A stretch of DNA of 64,000 bases from NCBI RefSeq assembly GCF_009914755.1, contig NC_060935.1; one strand, 5' to 3'. This DNA is from the human T2T-CHM13v2.0 reference genome, Homo sapiens. Below are positions 1-11,353 of this stretch, one piece after another. Position 1 is the first letter of the stretch; each line of letters begins with the position of its first letter. The translations under genes and the position numbers were made by a program. Below the pieces are notes generated by a model. It saw only the letters and a list, made by a program, of their open reading frames with translations, had not been told where the DNA came from and did no database searches.

Positions 1-158
<158 letters not shown>

Positions 159-289
159 GAGTGACCTAGTGAGCTGGGTTAAAGAAAAATATGAAGGCAG
201 TTATGGCACAGGAAGACCATGAATCTGGCTCAAACCAGGGACATGGAGCTTGGAAGACTGGCATTTTGGGAAACGCTGTGTTTCTACCT

Positions 290-540
290 TACGGTAGCAG
301 AGCACAAACTCTGGAGCTGGGCTGCTTATGTGCAAGCCCCACTCTCCCACTTACTGCTGTGTGACCTTGGGCAAGTCACTTCACCTCTCTGAGCCTCTGA
401 TTCCTTATCTGTAAAGTAGGAATGATAGGAGCACGTACTACGTAGACTTGCTGCATGGATTCGATGAGCCGATATTTATTAAGCGCTTGGAACGGGGCCT
501 GGCACACAATAAGTGCTCTCTAAGTGTTTGTTAAATAAAC
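290..540 (+). mobile_element. MIR SINE
   Basis: MIR core GCTGTGTGACCTTGGGCAAGTCACTTCACCTCTCTGAGCCTC...ATCTGTAAA and 3' end CCTGGCACACAATAAGTGCTC. Confidence 0.85.
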
Positions 541-852
541 AGACTTGCCTAAGGAGAAGCCCAGGCAGAGATCTTGCCTCTTCTGTCCAAGGGCCCCTCT
601 GCAAGTTTAGCCTGCTTCAGCTGCAGGTCCTCTGTATCAGAGCGGAGGACTGTCACTCCAGCAACAGCGCTTTGCTGCTGGGAGCCCCTGGTATCAGTGG
701 TGAGCAGCTGCCTCGGAGGCTGGGCTGACAGCAGCTGCCTCCAGCCCTCCTCCCCCGCTAGCCCTGCGCAGCCACTGAGCTCTCTGCCCAGCCCCACCCC
801 AGCCCCTGCAGGCGCCTTCGTGGGCTCTCTCTAGTCCCTTCCAAAGACCCTT

Positions 853-1285
853 TGGAAACAGTCCAAATGGCTATCCATGAAGAAATGGATAAACAAATTG
901 TAGTACACCCAGACCATGGAATATTATTCAGCCATAAAAAGAAATGCGATTCTGATACATGCTATAATGTGGAGCAAACTCCAAACATAATGAAAGAAGC
1001 CAGACACGAAAGACCATGTAATGTATGATTCCATTTATATGAAATGTCCAGAATGGATAAATCCATAGAGACAGAAGGCAGGCCAATGGTTGCCAGGGAC
1101 TGGGGGAGGGGGGAGATGGGGAGTGACTGCTAGCGGGTTCGAGCTGTACTCTGCGGGAATGGGAATATTCTGGATAGAAATGTGGGTGCTCAACACTGTG
1201 AATGCACTAAATGCCACCGAGTTGAACACTTAAAAATGATCAATTTTATCTTATGTGAATGTCACCCCAGTGAATTGTTTAATTA
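853..1285 (+). mobile_element. L1MB-like LINE-1 3' end fragment
   Basis: ATGGATAAACAAATTGT, ATGGAATATTATTCAGCCATAAAAAGAAATG, ATGATTCCATTTATATGAAATGTCCAGAA and ACACTTAAAAATG are typical of L1M 3' ends. Confidence 0.8.
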
Positions 1286-2399
1286 CAATAAGACCCCCTT
1301 AACCCTGTTGAGTATAGCCACCAGGGGCCCCCGTTACTCGCCAGATGCCCCACCTGAACCTGCTACACTGGGCTGCTCCCATCCCTGTCTGGGTGCCCAC
1401 TTCTCCACCTTGGTGCTTCCACCCAGCCTCTGCCAGAACCCCCTAAAAGTCACCGTCCACCTTGAAAAACCCACCCACTCTCCGGTTGCCCCAGGGCAGG
1501 GGCCACCAAGAGCTCCAATCGGCTCTTCTGGGAGCAGCCTCCACCTGCATTTCAGTGTTCTACCACGTTTCCCTGTCTGACTAGGATGAATATGATGCAA
1601 ATAACAATGCCCTCTAATCCCTACAGCATGTCAGGTTTTGGGCTGGAAGCTGAATTCTTGTCCTATCCCTACAGAATTCCAACCTGTTGCCAAGACCCAT
1701 TTTACAGATGCACAAACCCGGGTGCTGAGAAGAAGCTTGTTCCAGACGGGACTGACTCTGTTAGGCTGCAGAGGCCGTAGGCCCGGCTTCTGCACCAGCT
1801 TGCTCACTCCTCCAGGCTGGAGGCTGGACCTGGAGGGCTGGGGCTTTGTTTTGCTCCCTTTGCGCCTCCCATTCCCCTTCCAACCTGAGAAAGGGCTCTA
1901 CCCATGGCAGGCATTCAAAGAGCCAAGCCGAACTGAAAACAGACTTCCTGAGATCATGCGAAATCAGCATTTAAATGACCTGTGGCCTTGTATGTGTTCT
2001 GATGATGAGTGACAGTGGGGGCAGGGTGTACGTGACAATCTATCCTGTCCTGAGTCATCTGAGGGTCCAGAGAAGGTCAATGAGGAAAGGAGAAATGCAC
2101 AGAGGGAGGCGTGATTGCAGGTGGTGCGCCTGTGGGCCGAGTCAGCTCTGAGCTGACATCTGCTGAGACCCAGCAGCATTGGGGAGCAGAGGAGACCTGC
2201 ATGATGGTGCTGGTGGCCTTGATGAAACCACAGCAAGATCAGAGTCCCTGCAAGTCCCCAGCATCTGATCATGCTCCGGCTTGGGGTAGGTCTGTGCCTA
2301 CCCCCAAGCCAGGCCCAAGGCCTCACCCTACGAAACCTATTTTAAACCCCGCCCAATTCAGGGGATGAGTACCAGTGCTGGCCTCACCAAGAGCTGCCT

Positions 2400-3120
2400 T
2401 CTCTCCCTCCCTCGCCGCCTCGCCAAAAAGGGAAACCATTTTTCTGTAATTACAAGCATTGTGCTGTGTGATTACTGTATTCCGTAATGACGGCTGTGTG
2501 TTGTAATGACAGGCACGCCACCTCCCCGAGCCAGTGCACTGGCCCCACTCTGCTGTTGACATAAATATCTTCCTGCCATGCCCAGGGTGTCGGGGAGGCC
2601 CTCAGCTTCAGAGGGTCTGCAGCGTGGGGTTCCCCAGAAAATAAGCAGGGTGCTCCGGGTGCTCCTCTTCCAGGCCACCCTCTCCTGCGGGCCACATGGG
2701 CAGCCCAGCCTTCCCCAGCCTGGCATCACTATCACGTGATGCCACTTACCAAAATAGCAGCCGAGAGCAATCTTTTTAAAAATGAGCTGGTTCAGGTATT
2801 TACTAAAATATCACTTTTAAACGTCTGGGTCTTCGACTGGCATTTTTGCATATGTTGGCCACAGCTGAAGGGTTTCATCCGAACGCAACTTAATTGGAGC
2901 CAAGAAAATGAAAAGAAGAAAAAGCGGCTTCAATCGGAATGAATCAACATCTATTAATGGCTGTTTAACATATTTCTGCTAATAATCATGCATTAAATAA
3001 TGTGTGCATTTTAAATCTGGCTAAATATACAATAGTCCATCCCTGCCCCAAAAAGGTAAATAATGACAGTTAAAAATAGTCCCAGGACGTATTTACATTT
3101 TTTTTTCCCCCTGAGCCTTT
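2400..3120. promoter_or_regulatory. Candidate developmental enhancer (repeat-free, rich in homeodomain/TALE/FOX/SOX motifs)
   Basis: No recognisable repeat. Clustered GTAATTAC, GTAATGAC x2, CTTAATTGG, TATTAATGG, TAATGACAG x2, TGTTTAAC, ACAATAG and CACGTG. Function is inferred only. Confidence 0.35.
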
Positions 3121-4749
3121 TTGGTTTATAGTTCATCATTCCAAGGGTAAGAATTCTAAAATTTTCTCTGTGTATTTACATAACTGAGCAATTGCCATGT
3201 ATCACATTGGCTATCAGACCCTTCCAAGAAAAATGAGTTTTTATCTCGACTTCTGCACAATGGTCAGATGGAAAAGTTCTGTGAAATGAATGTAGCCCCT
3301 GCAAGGGTCCAGGAAGGCTCTGATTTCCATCCATCCTCTTTTGCCCTCCTGGGGCACACGTCCCGGGGCTTCTTGGCATGCTCTCCTGAGGGTGAGCCTG
3401 CCGCCCACGGAGAATAAAATCCCACTTGAGTGCCTGTCTTCCAATTTCTGAGTCCGGACTGAAACGAGATCATTGCTAAGGAAAATGGCAGGTCACCTTT
3501 CTTTCAGACTCAATGCGAGGAAGGAATCTTGCCTCTCGTCTCCTTTTACAGTACAGCGCTGAGGTGGGGGCGGGGAAGGAGACCCGGCAGGAAACATGTC
3601 TTTGTGGGTTTGCCGCTTCAAGAGCAAGCGCTTTCCTCCTGGGGCAGTGTCCTCAGGTACCAATCCCAGCAGGCCTGGTGGGGAGGAGGACAGCTCCTCC
3701 TCCATCCAGATGCCTTCCGCGGGGATGTGGTCTGTCCTCCAGGGGTAGCCGGGTCTGTCTCCCTCAGGGCCCAGCCAAAGCTGGGCACTAGGTGAAGTGT
3801 TACCTTGGCAAGTGATCCAAGGGTCCCTGGCATGGGCTGGTCCTCAGCACCAAACCAGCTCCTCCCTTGGGGTGCAGAAGTTGTCAGATGACCTTTCAAA
3901 AGATGAGGCGGCTGCCCTGTCCCCCACGGCCTCTCCTGTGGTCACGGAGCCACTTAGCATTCTGTTTATGGTAGTTCTGCCTGAGAATTTATGGTATTTA
4001 TCTGGAGATGTCAGGGGTGTGAGGTTTGTGGGTACACAAGGAGGCGCCGGCACTGCAGTTCCCCACGCCCGCCCTCCGTAGGGCCCACATTGCTGCTGTC
4101 TCTGAGGATGCTGAATTGTCCAGACCTTGGTTTCTAAACCCCACAGGGCTGGAGAGGGGCAATCCCGGCTTCCTGCCCTGAGCCCATGAGGCGGGGAAGA
4201 GGAAGGGTCGGGGACAGGCTGTGCATCAGAGTCCCTGCCTCGTCCCTGGATGCACCCCCGGGTCCAGTCCTCTTAGCCGCAGTTAACTGGAATCTTCACA
4301 TAACAGGACATTCCCCCACTTTGAAACCCTTCTCACTTTATCCAGATTTCTACATTCTGCACAGGCTGTGGCTTGCGGGAGGGAACCCGGGGAGGGGAGG
4401 GGGGTGGGCAGAGGCGAATTTCTGGATTCAAGTTCAGGACCCCAGTGACCTGTAACCTCCAGCTCTCCTTTCCATCCCTGGGCTTCAGCCTCCTCGTGTG
4501 ACAAATTGACAGTGATTCGTCGGGGTCCTGCCGCCTGGGGGAGGGGGCCAGGGCGCTCTTCTGATGCGGGAACCAGGGCCACTCACGGAACCGCCCCGCG
4601 CCCAGGGCTGCGCCCGTCTCTCGGGGGCTGGCTCAAGGCCCCCTCCTATAGTCAACACCCCTTCCCTGGGGCCCTGGCTGGGGGTGCACCTCGCAGGGCC
4701 GCTCGGGGCCCCACTGCCCGCCCCAACTGATAAGACGGTCTGGGAGCGG

Positions 4750-4884
4750 TGGAGACGCGCCCCGCGCAGCGGGAGGCCGGGGGCGGGCCGGGACCTGGGG
4801 ACCAGCCGCTGCTCCTCTGCAGCGTCCCGCGCCGCTCGCTGGGAGTCCGGGGAGCGCGGGGCGGGGCGAGGGCGGTGTCCGCAG
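4750..4884 (+). other. Candidate non-coding first exon (start approximate)
   Basis: Ends at a strong donor CAG|GTAACC (4884/4885), downstream of the GC-box/GATA cluster. Confidence 0.4.
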
Positions 4885-5110
4885 GTAACCCCCGGGGGGC
4901 GGGGAGGTCTGCCCGGGACCCCCAGACCAAAAAGCCGAGGGGGAGGAGCGGCGCGGCCGTGAGCGAGGGCAGCCAAGTTTGGCTACAGCACGCGCGGCTT
5001 CGCTCCTGCCTCTGGGGAGGAGAGAGGGGACAGTCCCCTCCCGAGCTAGGCTCGGACCTTGGCCCCCAGAGCCGCCGCAGACCTCCAGGGGTGACTTCGT
5101 CGCTCCCTAG

Positions 5111-5218
5111 TCTGGACTCGCTAGGTCCCGGGTGCACCGGAGTCGCGCAGCGAACGCGCCATGCAGGAGGGCGACATCGGCCTGGAGGGGCTGCCCCCCA
5201 GGGAAGTCCCCACAGCCG
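5111..5218 (+). other. Candidate exon with Kozak ATG at 5161 (MQEGDIGLEGLPPREVPTA, phase-1 donor)
   Basis: Possible acceptor TGACTTCGTCGCTCCCTAG| at 5110, GCGCCATG start context and consensus donor CCG|GTGAGT at 5218/5219. Peptide not recognised. Confidence 0.35.
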
Positions 5219-6399
5219 GTGAGTATCCAGGGCGGCACGGGGGGTGAGGGACCGCGAGCGCGGCCGCAGTGGATCTGGGACGCCCCAGGGGCAGTGGCTT
5301 GCGGAGGACTCAGGGGCGCACGAGGAGCAGGAGGCAGGGACCCCCACCTCTGGTGGCGGGGACAGTCCTCCCCCCTCCGCGCTGCTCCCGGTGAAGGCGA
5401 GAGGGGAGGGACTGTGTCGGTCACAGGTCGCTGGGGCACTGACAGACAAACAGACGGACAGACAGAGCCCCGGGGCTGGGCTGGGGCTGGGGGCGCCGCC
5501 GGGCAGGGGCCCCTGCGCGGCCCCTGGGGAGACATCTGCTAGGCCGGCCCAGGCTGTTCCCAATCCCGGGGGAGCGTCTTGCAGCGGATACGAGGTTTTC
5601 GGATGTTTTTACAGGCGCTATTAATACACATAATATTTCCGTGCTATTCTGGAGATTTATTTGCGATATAAAGTCACTACTATGACTCGAAATCATAATG
5701 GAAACTGAGAGGAACTTAGAGAGCCGGAGACAAATGAGGCCTGGACGCTAGGCCGGAGGGGGAGTCCCTGACTTCCTCCCCCCTGGCTGCACATAAATCA
5801 CCACCCAGGATATTTTTGTACCAATAATTTTAAAATAAATGACCCAAGCCCTGTTTCCTGGATGATTCTCCCCTCCCAGTTCAGAGGTTATTAAATAAAC
5901 CTAAGAGTGGGATAGTGACAAGGGGGCCGCAGTGTGCAGTGGGTTTTATTTAATTACACGCTGAGCTCTGCCCTTCTGAAGCCCTGGTTAGGAGGCAGTG
6001 CCCTGCAATCAGGATGCCACCGCCAACCCGGGACTGCTAACTATAGCATGGGAAGCCCTCCTTTTATTCTTCCCCCCTCCCTCCCCCGACTTTTCTTCTT
6101 TTCGAATTCCCATGGAGAAACTTATTCTGATGCGTGCCTTTCAAACAGCCGGGTCTGGCTTCTTTCTAGAAGTGACACTGTATACTCATCAAATTAAAGG
6201 CCCAGAAGAAAGAGAAAGGGGCCCCTCCAGCCAGAGCAGGCAAAAAACCTGGGCGCTGAAGTGGGCCACCAGGGCCTACTCTTGTGCGGCCAGGCTGTCC
6301 TGCCTTCCTGAGCGGCTTCCTCAAGCTCACGTGTAGAAATGATCCGTTCTGTGATCCACTGGAAACACAGCCCCAGCTCACTGTGTATGACCAGCCCAC

Positions 6400-6700
6400 C
6401 AAGCTTCAGGCACTGATTCAAATGCTTCACACATTTATCCTCAGTGCTACCCTGTAAAGGGGTGTATAATCCTCCCCATTGTGCAGACAAAGAAACTGAG
6501 GCCACACAGCCAGTAACTGATGGCACCAAGATTAGAACGGAGGCCTGTTGTCCCCGGGCTACCTGAGGGGCTGAGGCAGGAGGATCGCTTGAGCCCGCAG
6601 TGTGCCTAGATCTTGCCACTGCACTCCAGCCTGGGTAACAGAGCAAGACCATGTCTCAAAAAAAAAAAAAAAAAGACTAGAACCCAGGGTGTCTGAGTCC
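6400..6700. mobile_element. MIR (minus) interrupted by an Alu monomer/right-arm fragment (+, ~6555-6673)
   Basis: MIR CCCCATTGTGCAGACAAAGAAACTGAGGCC; Alu GCTGAGGCAGGAGGATCGCTTGAGCCC...CACTGCACTCCAGCCTGGG plus poly-A. Confidence 0.75.
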
Positions 6701-7349
6701 AGTTGCTGTGAGGCCACTGCCTCTCCCTTTCCCCACCCCAGGCAGAATCACTCAGCAATGCTTCTAGGACATCTTGAGGAAACCGTTCCCTGTGCATGAG
6801 GGTGTACTCTGGAGGCCTGTGCTTTGGTCTTTATAGGCTTTACATTTGGGCATGGGTCATGTCTCAGATGTGAGGACCTGGAGTGTTCCTTACTGGAGGA
6901 TTCAGCTCATCAGATCTGAGCTGTAATCATGGATGGATGACGGCCACAGCCTCCACTCCCGGAGAGCAGGCCTTTCCTGTCCACCCCGCTGCACCTCGGC
7001 TGTGTGGGGGGTGGAATCGTGCCCCCTGCTGTGGGTAGCAGCCGTGTCAGGAGTAAGACCCCAGGACGGGTGTCCCAGCCTCGGTTCTTGGGTTTGCTGC
7101 CAGATGCACCATTCCACCGCAGTAGGCATGAAGAAATTCCATGGGAAGCCTCACAGCACCACGCCACTTTCGCTCTGTCCATGTCATTTACACCTGGAGG
7201 CCGTCAGTGGCTTCGCCCGTAAATAGGAAATTTAAAAAGCCACAGAGTTGGAGAACAGAAAGAGGTCTGGGTTCCCACTTTTTCCTGCCACCGGCACCCA
7301 GACCCAGAGAGAGGAAGCACTTATCTTGTGAAGTACAGAGAGCCCCAAT

Positions 7350-7545
7350 TCTAGAGCCAGCCTCCCAGGTCTCAATCCCAGCTTTGCCGCCTGCAGCCCT
7401 GTGCCCTCGGCCAACTTACTTAACCACTCTATGCCTTATCTGTAAAGTCCGGAGGGTGGCTGTGAAAAGGACTTGAGTTCATAGCCTTTCCAAAGTGCCT
7501 GGCTCTGTTCTGTGCATGAGTGAGGATTATCATCATTGTCATCAA
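7350..7545 (+). mobile_element. MIR fragment
   Basis: CTGTGCCCTCGGCCAACTTACTTAACCACTCTATGCCTTATCTGTAAA. Confidence 0.6.
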
Positions 7546-7937
7546 TGTCATCACTGCAAGCTTCATCCATATGACCCAGGTGTGAAGTCACACCGAGTGC
7601 TCTGTGACTGATCCTATAACCTGCTCATTCTCGCTCCCCTGCAAAACCACAAGCCCACTCTCCCAGGGAGCAATTGATTGGTACAGATGCCCCCTCCCAT
7701 TCTGCCTACTTAGCAGCTCCTTAGTTATTCTTTAATAAGCTACTTATTTATACGCTTGTGGTCTGAACCTCCCACAAGGGCAGGTGGAGTTAGGGTGAGG
7801 TCTGCGGCATCCCTCCACTGGGACATGTCTGCCCAACTCACTCCTGCACAACCCTCAAAACTCAGCTGGTATATCCCCTTCTCTTGGAAATCAACCCACA
7901 TGCCTCTCTGCACTAATAGTATCCTGGGCACCAAGTG

Positions 7938-8066
7938 AAGGAGGGAGGGAATGAGGAAGGAAGGAATGAGGAAGGAAGGAAAGAAGGAAGGAAGGAAGGA
8001 AATAGACAGGGAAGGAGGGAAGTAGGGAGGGAGGTAGGGAGGGACGGAGGGAGGGAGGGAAGGAAG
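7938..8066 (+). repeat. (GGAA)n/(GGGA)n purine-rich simple repeat
   Basis: Visible directly in the sequence. Confidence 0.9.
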
Positions 8067-8084
8067 GTGATGTTAGCTAATGTT

Positions 8085-8310
8085 GGTTGAGCAGGTGACT
8101 GCGTGCCAGTCACCCATGGAAGCCCTGGTACCTGCATCATCATGTACAATCCCCACTCACTGTATGAGGTGGGTCCCATTGTTTCCCCCCATTTATGTTG
8201 AGGAAACTATGGCACAGAGAGATTATTTAAGGTCCTGTAGCTGGTAAGTGGCAGAGGCAGGATTTGAACTCCAAGCAAGCAAGCTGTGCATTTAATCATG
8301 GTGCTATCTT
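8085..8310 (-). mobile_element. MIR
   Basis: CCCCATTT...GAGGAAACT...GCACAGAGAG...GCTGGTAAGTGGCAGAGGCAGGATTTGAACTC. Confidence 0.7.
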
Positions 8311-8364
8311 ACCATTCAGGGAGGATAGAAAGAGTTGTCCCTCCTGAAGCTTTCACCCACAGAG

Positions 8365-8985
8365 CTATTGAGCACCTACTCTGTGCCATTGAGTGGGTGG
8401 TGTGGGAAAACACCTGAAAGAGATGGGGGAAGAACATTCCAGGCAGAAGGAACAGCCAGTGCAGAAGCCCCAGCACGTGCGTCTTCTTCTTGAGTGTGCT
8501 GGATGGATTCCAGAACCAGCCAGGAGAGGGAGGGAAAGAGGGAGCAGGAGGGGTAACCCAAGAGGTATGGAAGGTGTGGAGCCAGTGTGGGGGTCTCCAG
8601 GGCCACTGGAACCATGGGAGCTAAATAACACTCCCCACCCCCTCCCCACCACCTGCTACTGCAGTAGGGTTTGGAGCAGGGAAGGGACCTGAGCTGACTT
8701 GGGTTCTAACAGGTCCCTCTGGCTGTCCTACAGAGAAAAGGCTGATGGGCCAGGGGCAGAAGCCTGCTCAGAGGCTCTTGCAATAATCCAGGTGCACGAG
8801 GCAGGTAGGGGAGGGTGACCCTGGGTCTATTTTGAAAGTAGGGCCCACAGGAATTGCCAGCACATGGAATGTAGGGGCTGAGAGCAGGAGAGTAGTCAAA
8901 AATGGTTCTGAGATTTCCAGATTGAGTGGCTGGAAGAAGGAAAAGACCACAAGGAGAGGTTTGGGTGGGGATAAGTGAGAGGTTT
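8365..8985 (-). mobile_element. L2 LINE fragments
   Basis: TATTGAGCACCTACTCTGTGCCA, GAAGAACATTCCAGGCAGAAGGAACAGC and GGTCTATTTTGAAAGTAG. Confidence 0.7.
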
Positions 8986-8994
8986 ACTACTTGT

Positions 8995-10260
8995 TGTTTT
9001 GTTTTGTTTAAAATTGTGGTAGATATTATATATACCATAACATTTTAATCATTTTAAGTGTAGAATTCAGTGGCATTAAATACATTCACGATGTCATACA
9101 ACTATCATCACTATCTATTTTCAAAACTTTTTCATCACCCCAAGTAGGAATTCTGTATCCATTAAACAGTCACTCCCCATTCCCCACCCCGCCCTGCCTC
9201 TCCTAACCCCTGGTAACCTCTATCTATTCTAATTTCTGCCTCTATAAATTTGTCTATTCTAGATACTTCATATAAATGGTATCACAAAATATTTGTCCTT
9301 TTGTGTCTGGCTTCTTTCACTTGGTATGTTTTTAAGGCATCCGTGTTGTAGCATATATCAGTAATCATTAGTTTTATGGAGGAATAATGTTCCATTGAAT
9401 GGATATACCACATTGCGTTTGTCCATTCATCTATCGACAGACATGGGTTATTTCCACCTTTTGGCTATTTTGAAAATGCTGCAATGAGCATTTGCATGTG
9501 AGTGTCTGTTTGAGTTCCTATTGTCAAATTTCTGAGGTATATACCTAGAAGTAAAATTGCTGGATCACATAGTTTTATCTTTAACTTTTTAAGGAACTGC
9601 CAAACTGTTTTACACAATGGCTGCACCATTTTACAGGCCCCCTACTAGTGTATGCGGGTTCTAGTATCTCCACATCCTTAGCAGCACTTGATATATATAC
9701 TGTTTAATTACAGCAATCCTGTGGGTGCGAAGTGGTATATCATTGTGGCTTTGATTTTCACTGCCTAATCACTATGTCATTTATAGATCATTTGTTTATC
9801 TTCTTTGGAGAAATATCTACTCAATTCCTTTGTCTATTTTCTAATTGAGTTGTTTGTCTTTTTGGTTGGATTGTAGGAGTTTTTATAGAGCTTGGATATT
9901 AAACTTTTATCAGCTGAATGATTTGCAAATATCTTCTCCCATTCTGTAGGTTGTCTTTTCACTTTCTCCATAATGTCCTTTGATGTACAAAATTTTTAAT
10001 TTTCATGAAGCCCAACTTACCTACGTTTTCTTTTGTTGCTCATGCTTTTGGAGTCATCTCTAAGAATCCATTGCCAAATTCAAGGTTGCAATGATCTACC
10101 CCGATGTTTTCCTCTAAGAGTTTTATGCTTTTAGTTTTTATATTTAGGTCAGTCCATTTTTAGTTAATTTTTGTATGTGGAGTACGCTAGAGAGCCAAAT
10201 TCATTCCTCTGCATGTGAATATCCATTTGTTTCAGCACAATTTGTTGAAAAGACTGTTCT
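8995..10260 (-). mobile_element. L1M (L1MB-like) LINE-1 3' portion
   Basis: AAGTGTAGAATTCAGTGGCATTAAATACATTCAC, ATACCTAGAAGTAAAATTGCTGGATCA, TTTGCAAATATCTTCTCCCATTCTGTAGGTTGTCTTTTCAC and CAGCACAATTTGTTGAAAAGACT. Confidence 0.9.
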
Positions 10261-11162
10261 GTAGGGGTTTGCTTTTGAGCATGTTAATAATTACAACAAT
10301 CACAAAAGCTGACATTTGGCACACTTCCTGCACACCAGCTGTCATTCAGAGCACTTGGTGTATTTGAACTTGGGGTAGGTTTGGGATGCCCTGTGGACAT
10401 TCACGAGGAGACAGACTCAATGTTAACCCCAAGCCCAGAGACAGATTCCTCCATTGACAGCAGGGGTAGGAATGACCCATCTAGAGAGGAGCCTGCCCCC
10501 CTGTCCTCTGTGACCAAATGCAAAGGCTGGAGGAAGCATAGCCCAGGGGACCACCATGCCACCTGCAGTGATGGGCAAGTACCAGTTGTGAACAGAACCC
10601 GATGTTCTGTGGAAATAGTTCACACAGTGAGTTTCTCTTCCATATTGTGATGTAAATAACTGAGGAAACTTCTGTCTCTGCAGTTGGATGCATCATTCAA
10701 ATCAAACTAAACAGACATAGATGCATCTCCTTTAGGACAGTTACAGTACCAGAAATGAGGGATACAGTGTATCCACAATTCCAGGAGCTGGGATATAATG
10801 TAGCCATAGGACCAGAAGGTGGGGATACAGTGTAGCTATAGCCCTTGCTCTCATGGAGTGCAGTCTATGCAGCTTTATATTATGATCTGTGTTGTAGAAG
10901 GGTTCTAATTCTGGCTAAGTAAGCTCTGTGTGCCAATAGTGGGTCCACCCCAATATCCCAGGCCCCCTCCCTCTGTGCTGATGCCATGCGAGCTCAGCTC
11001 CCACTTCTCTTAGAGCATGCAGCAGCTTGGGTCTCAGTTAATTTCGTCCACCACTTCTGTCTCCCTTGATGGACTTGGTTTACTTGGTGGCAAGAAAAAA
11101 GTCTCGTTCATTTCTCTAGCCCTAGCCCAGGGCCTGGCCATGGCAGGCCTGGTGAAAGTCAG

Positions 11163-11353
11163 GTGGATGAATGGATGGATGGATGAGTGATGGGTGGGTA
11201 GATGAATGGATGATGGATGGATAGTAGGTGAATGGATGGATGGACGAATGGATAGATGGATGGATGGATGGATGGATGGATGGATGGATGGATGGATGAT
11301 GGATAAATGGATGGATGGACAGCTGGATAGATGAATGGATGGATGGATGGATG
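11163..11353 (+). repeat. (TGGA)n microsatellite following an L2 3' end
   Basis: Visible directly; preceded by an L2-like tail CCTAGCCCAGGGCCTGGC. Confidence 0.9.

Larger units (their letters stand above)
4500..5620. promoter_or_regulatory. CpG island / probable promoter
   Basis: Very high GC and CpG density against CpG-depleted flanks. GC boxes (CCCGCCCC ~4717, GGGGCGGGCC ~4779, GGGGCGGGGC ~4858), TGATAA at 4728 and G-run clusters. Confidence 0.85.

Noticed and set aside
1316-1332. CTCF-like GCCACCAGGGGCCC (similar partial matches at ~5345, ~39778 and ~43857)
   Set aside because: Each departs from the CCASYAGRKGGC core at key positions; not supportable without ChIP data
4485-5624. Overlapping 130-303 aa ORFs in the CpG island
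   Set aside because: Stop codons are scarce in GC-rich DNA; the Pro/Gly/Arg/Ala-rich products show no recognisable domain and occur in many frames
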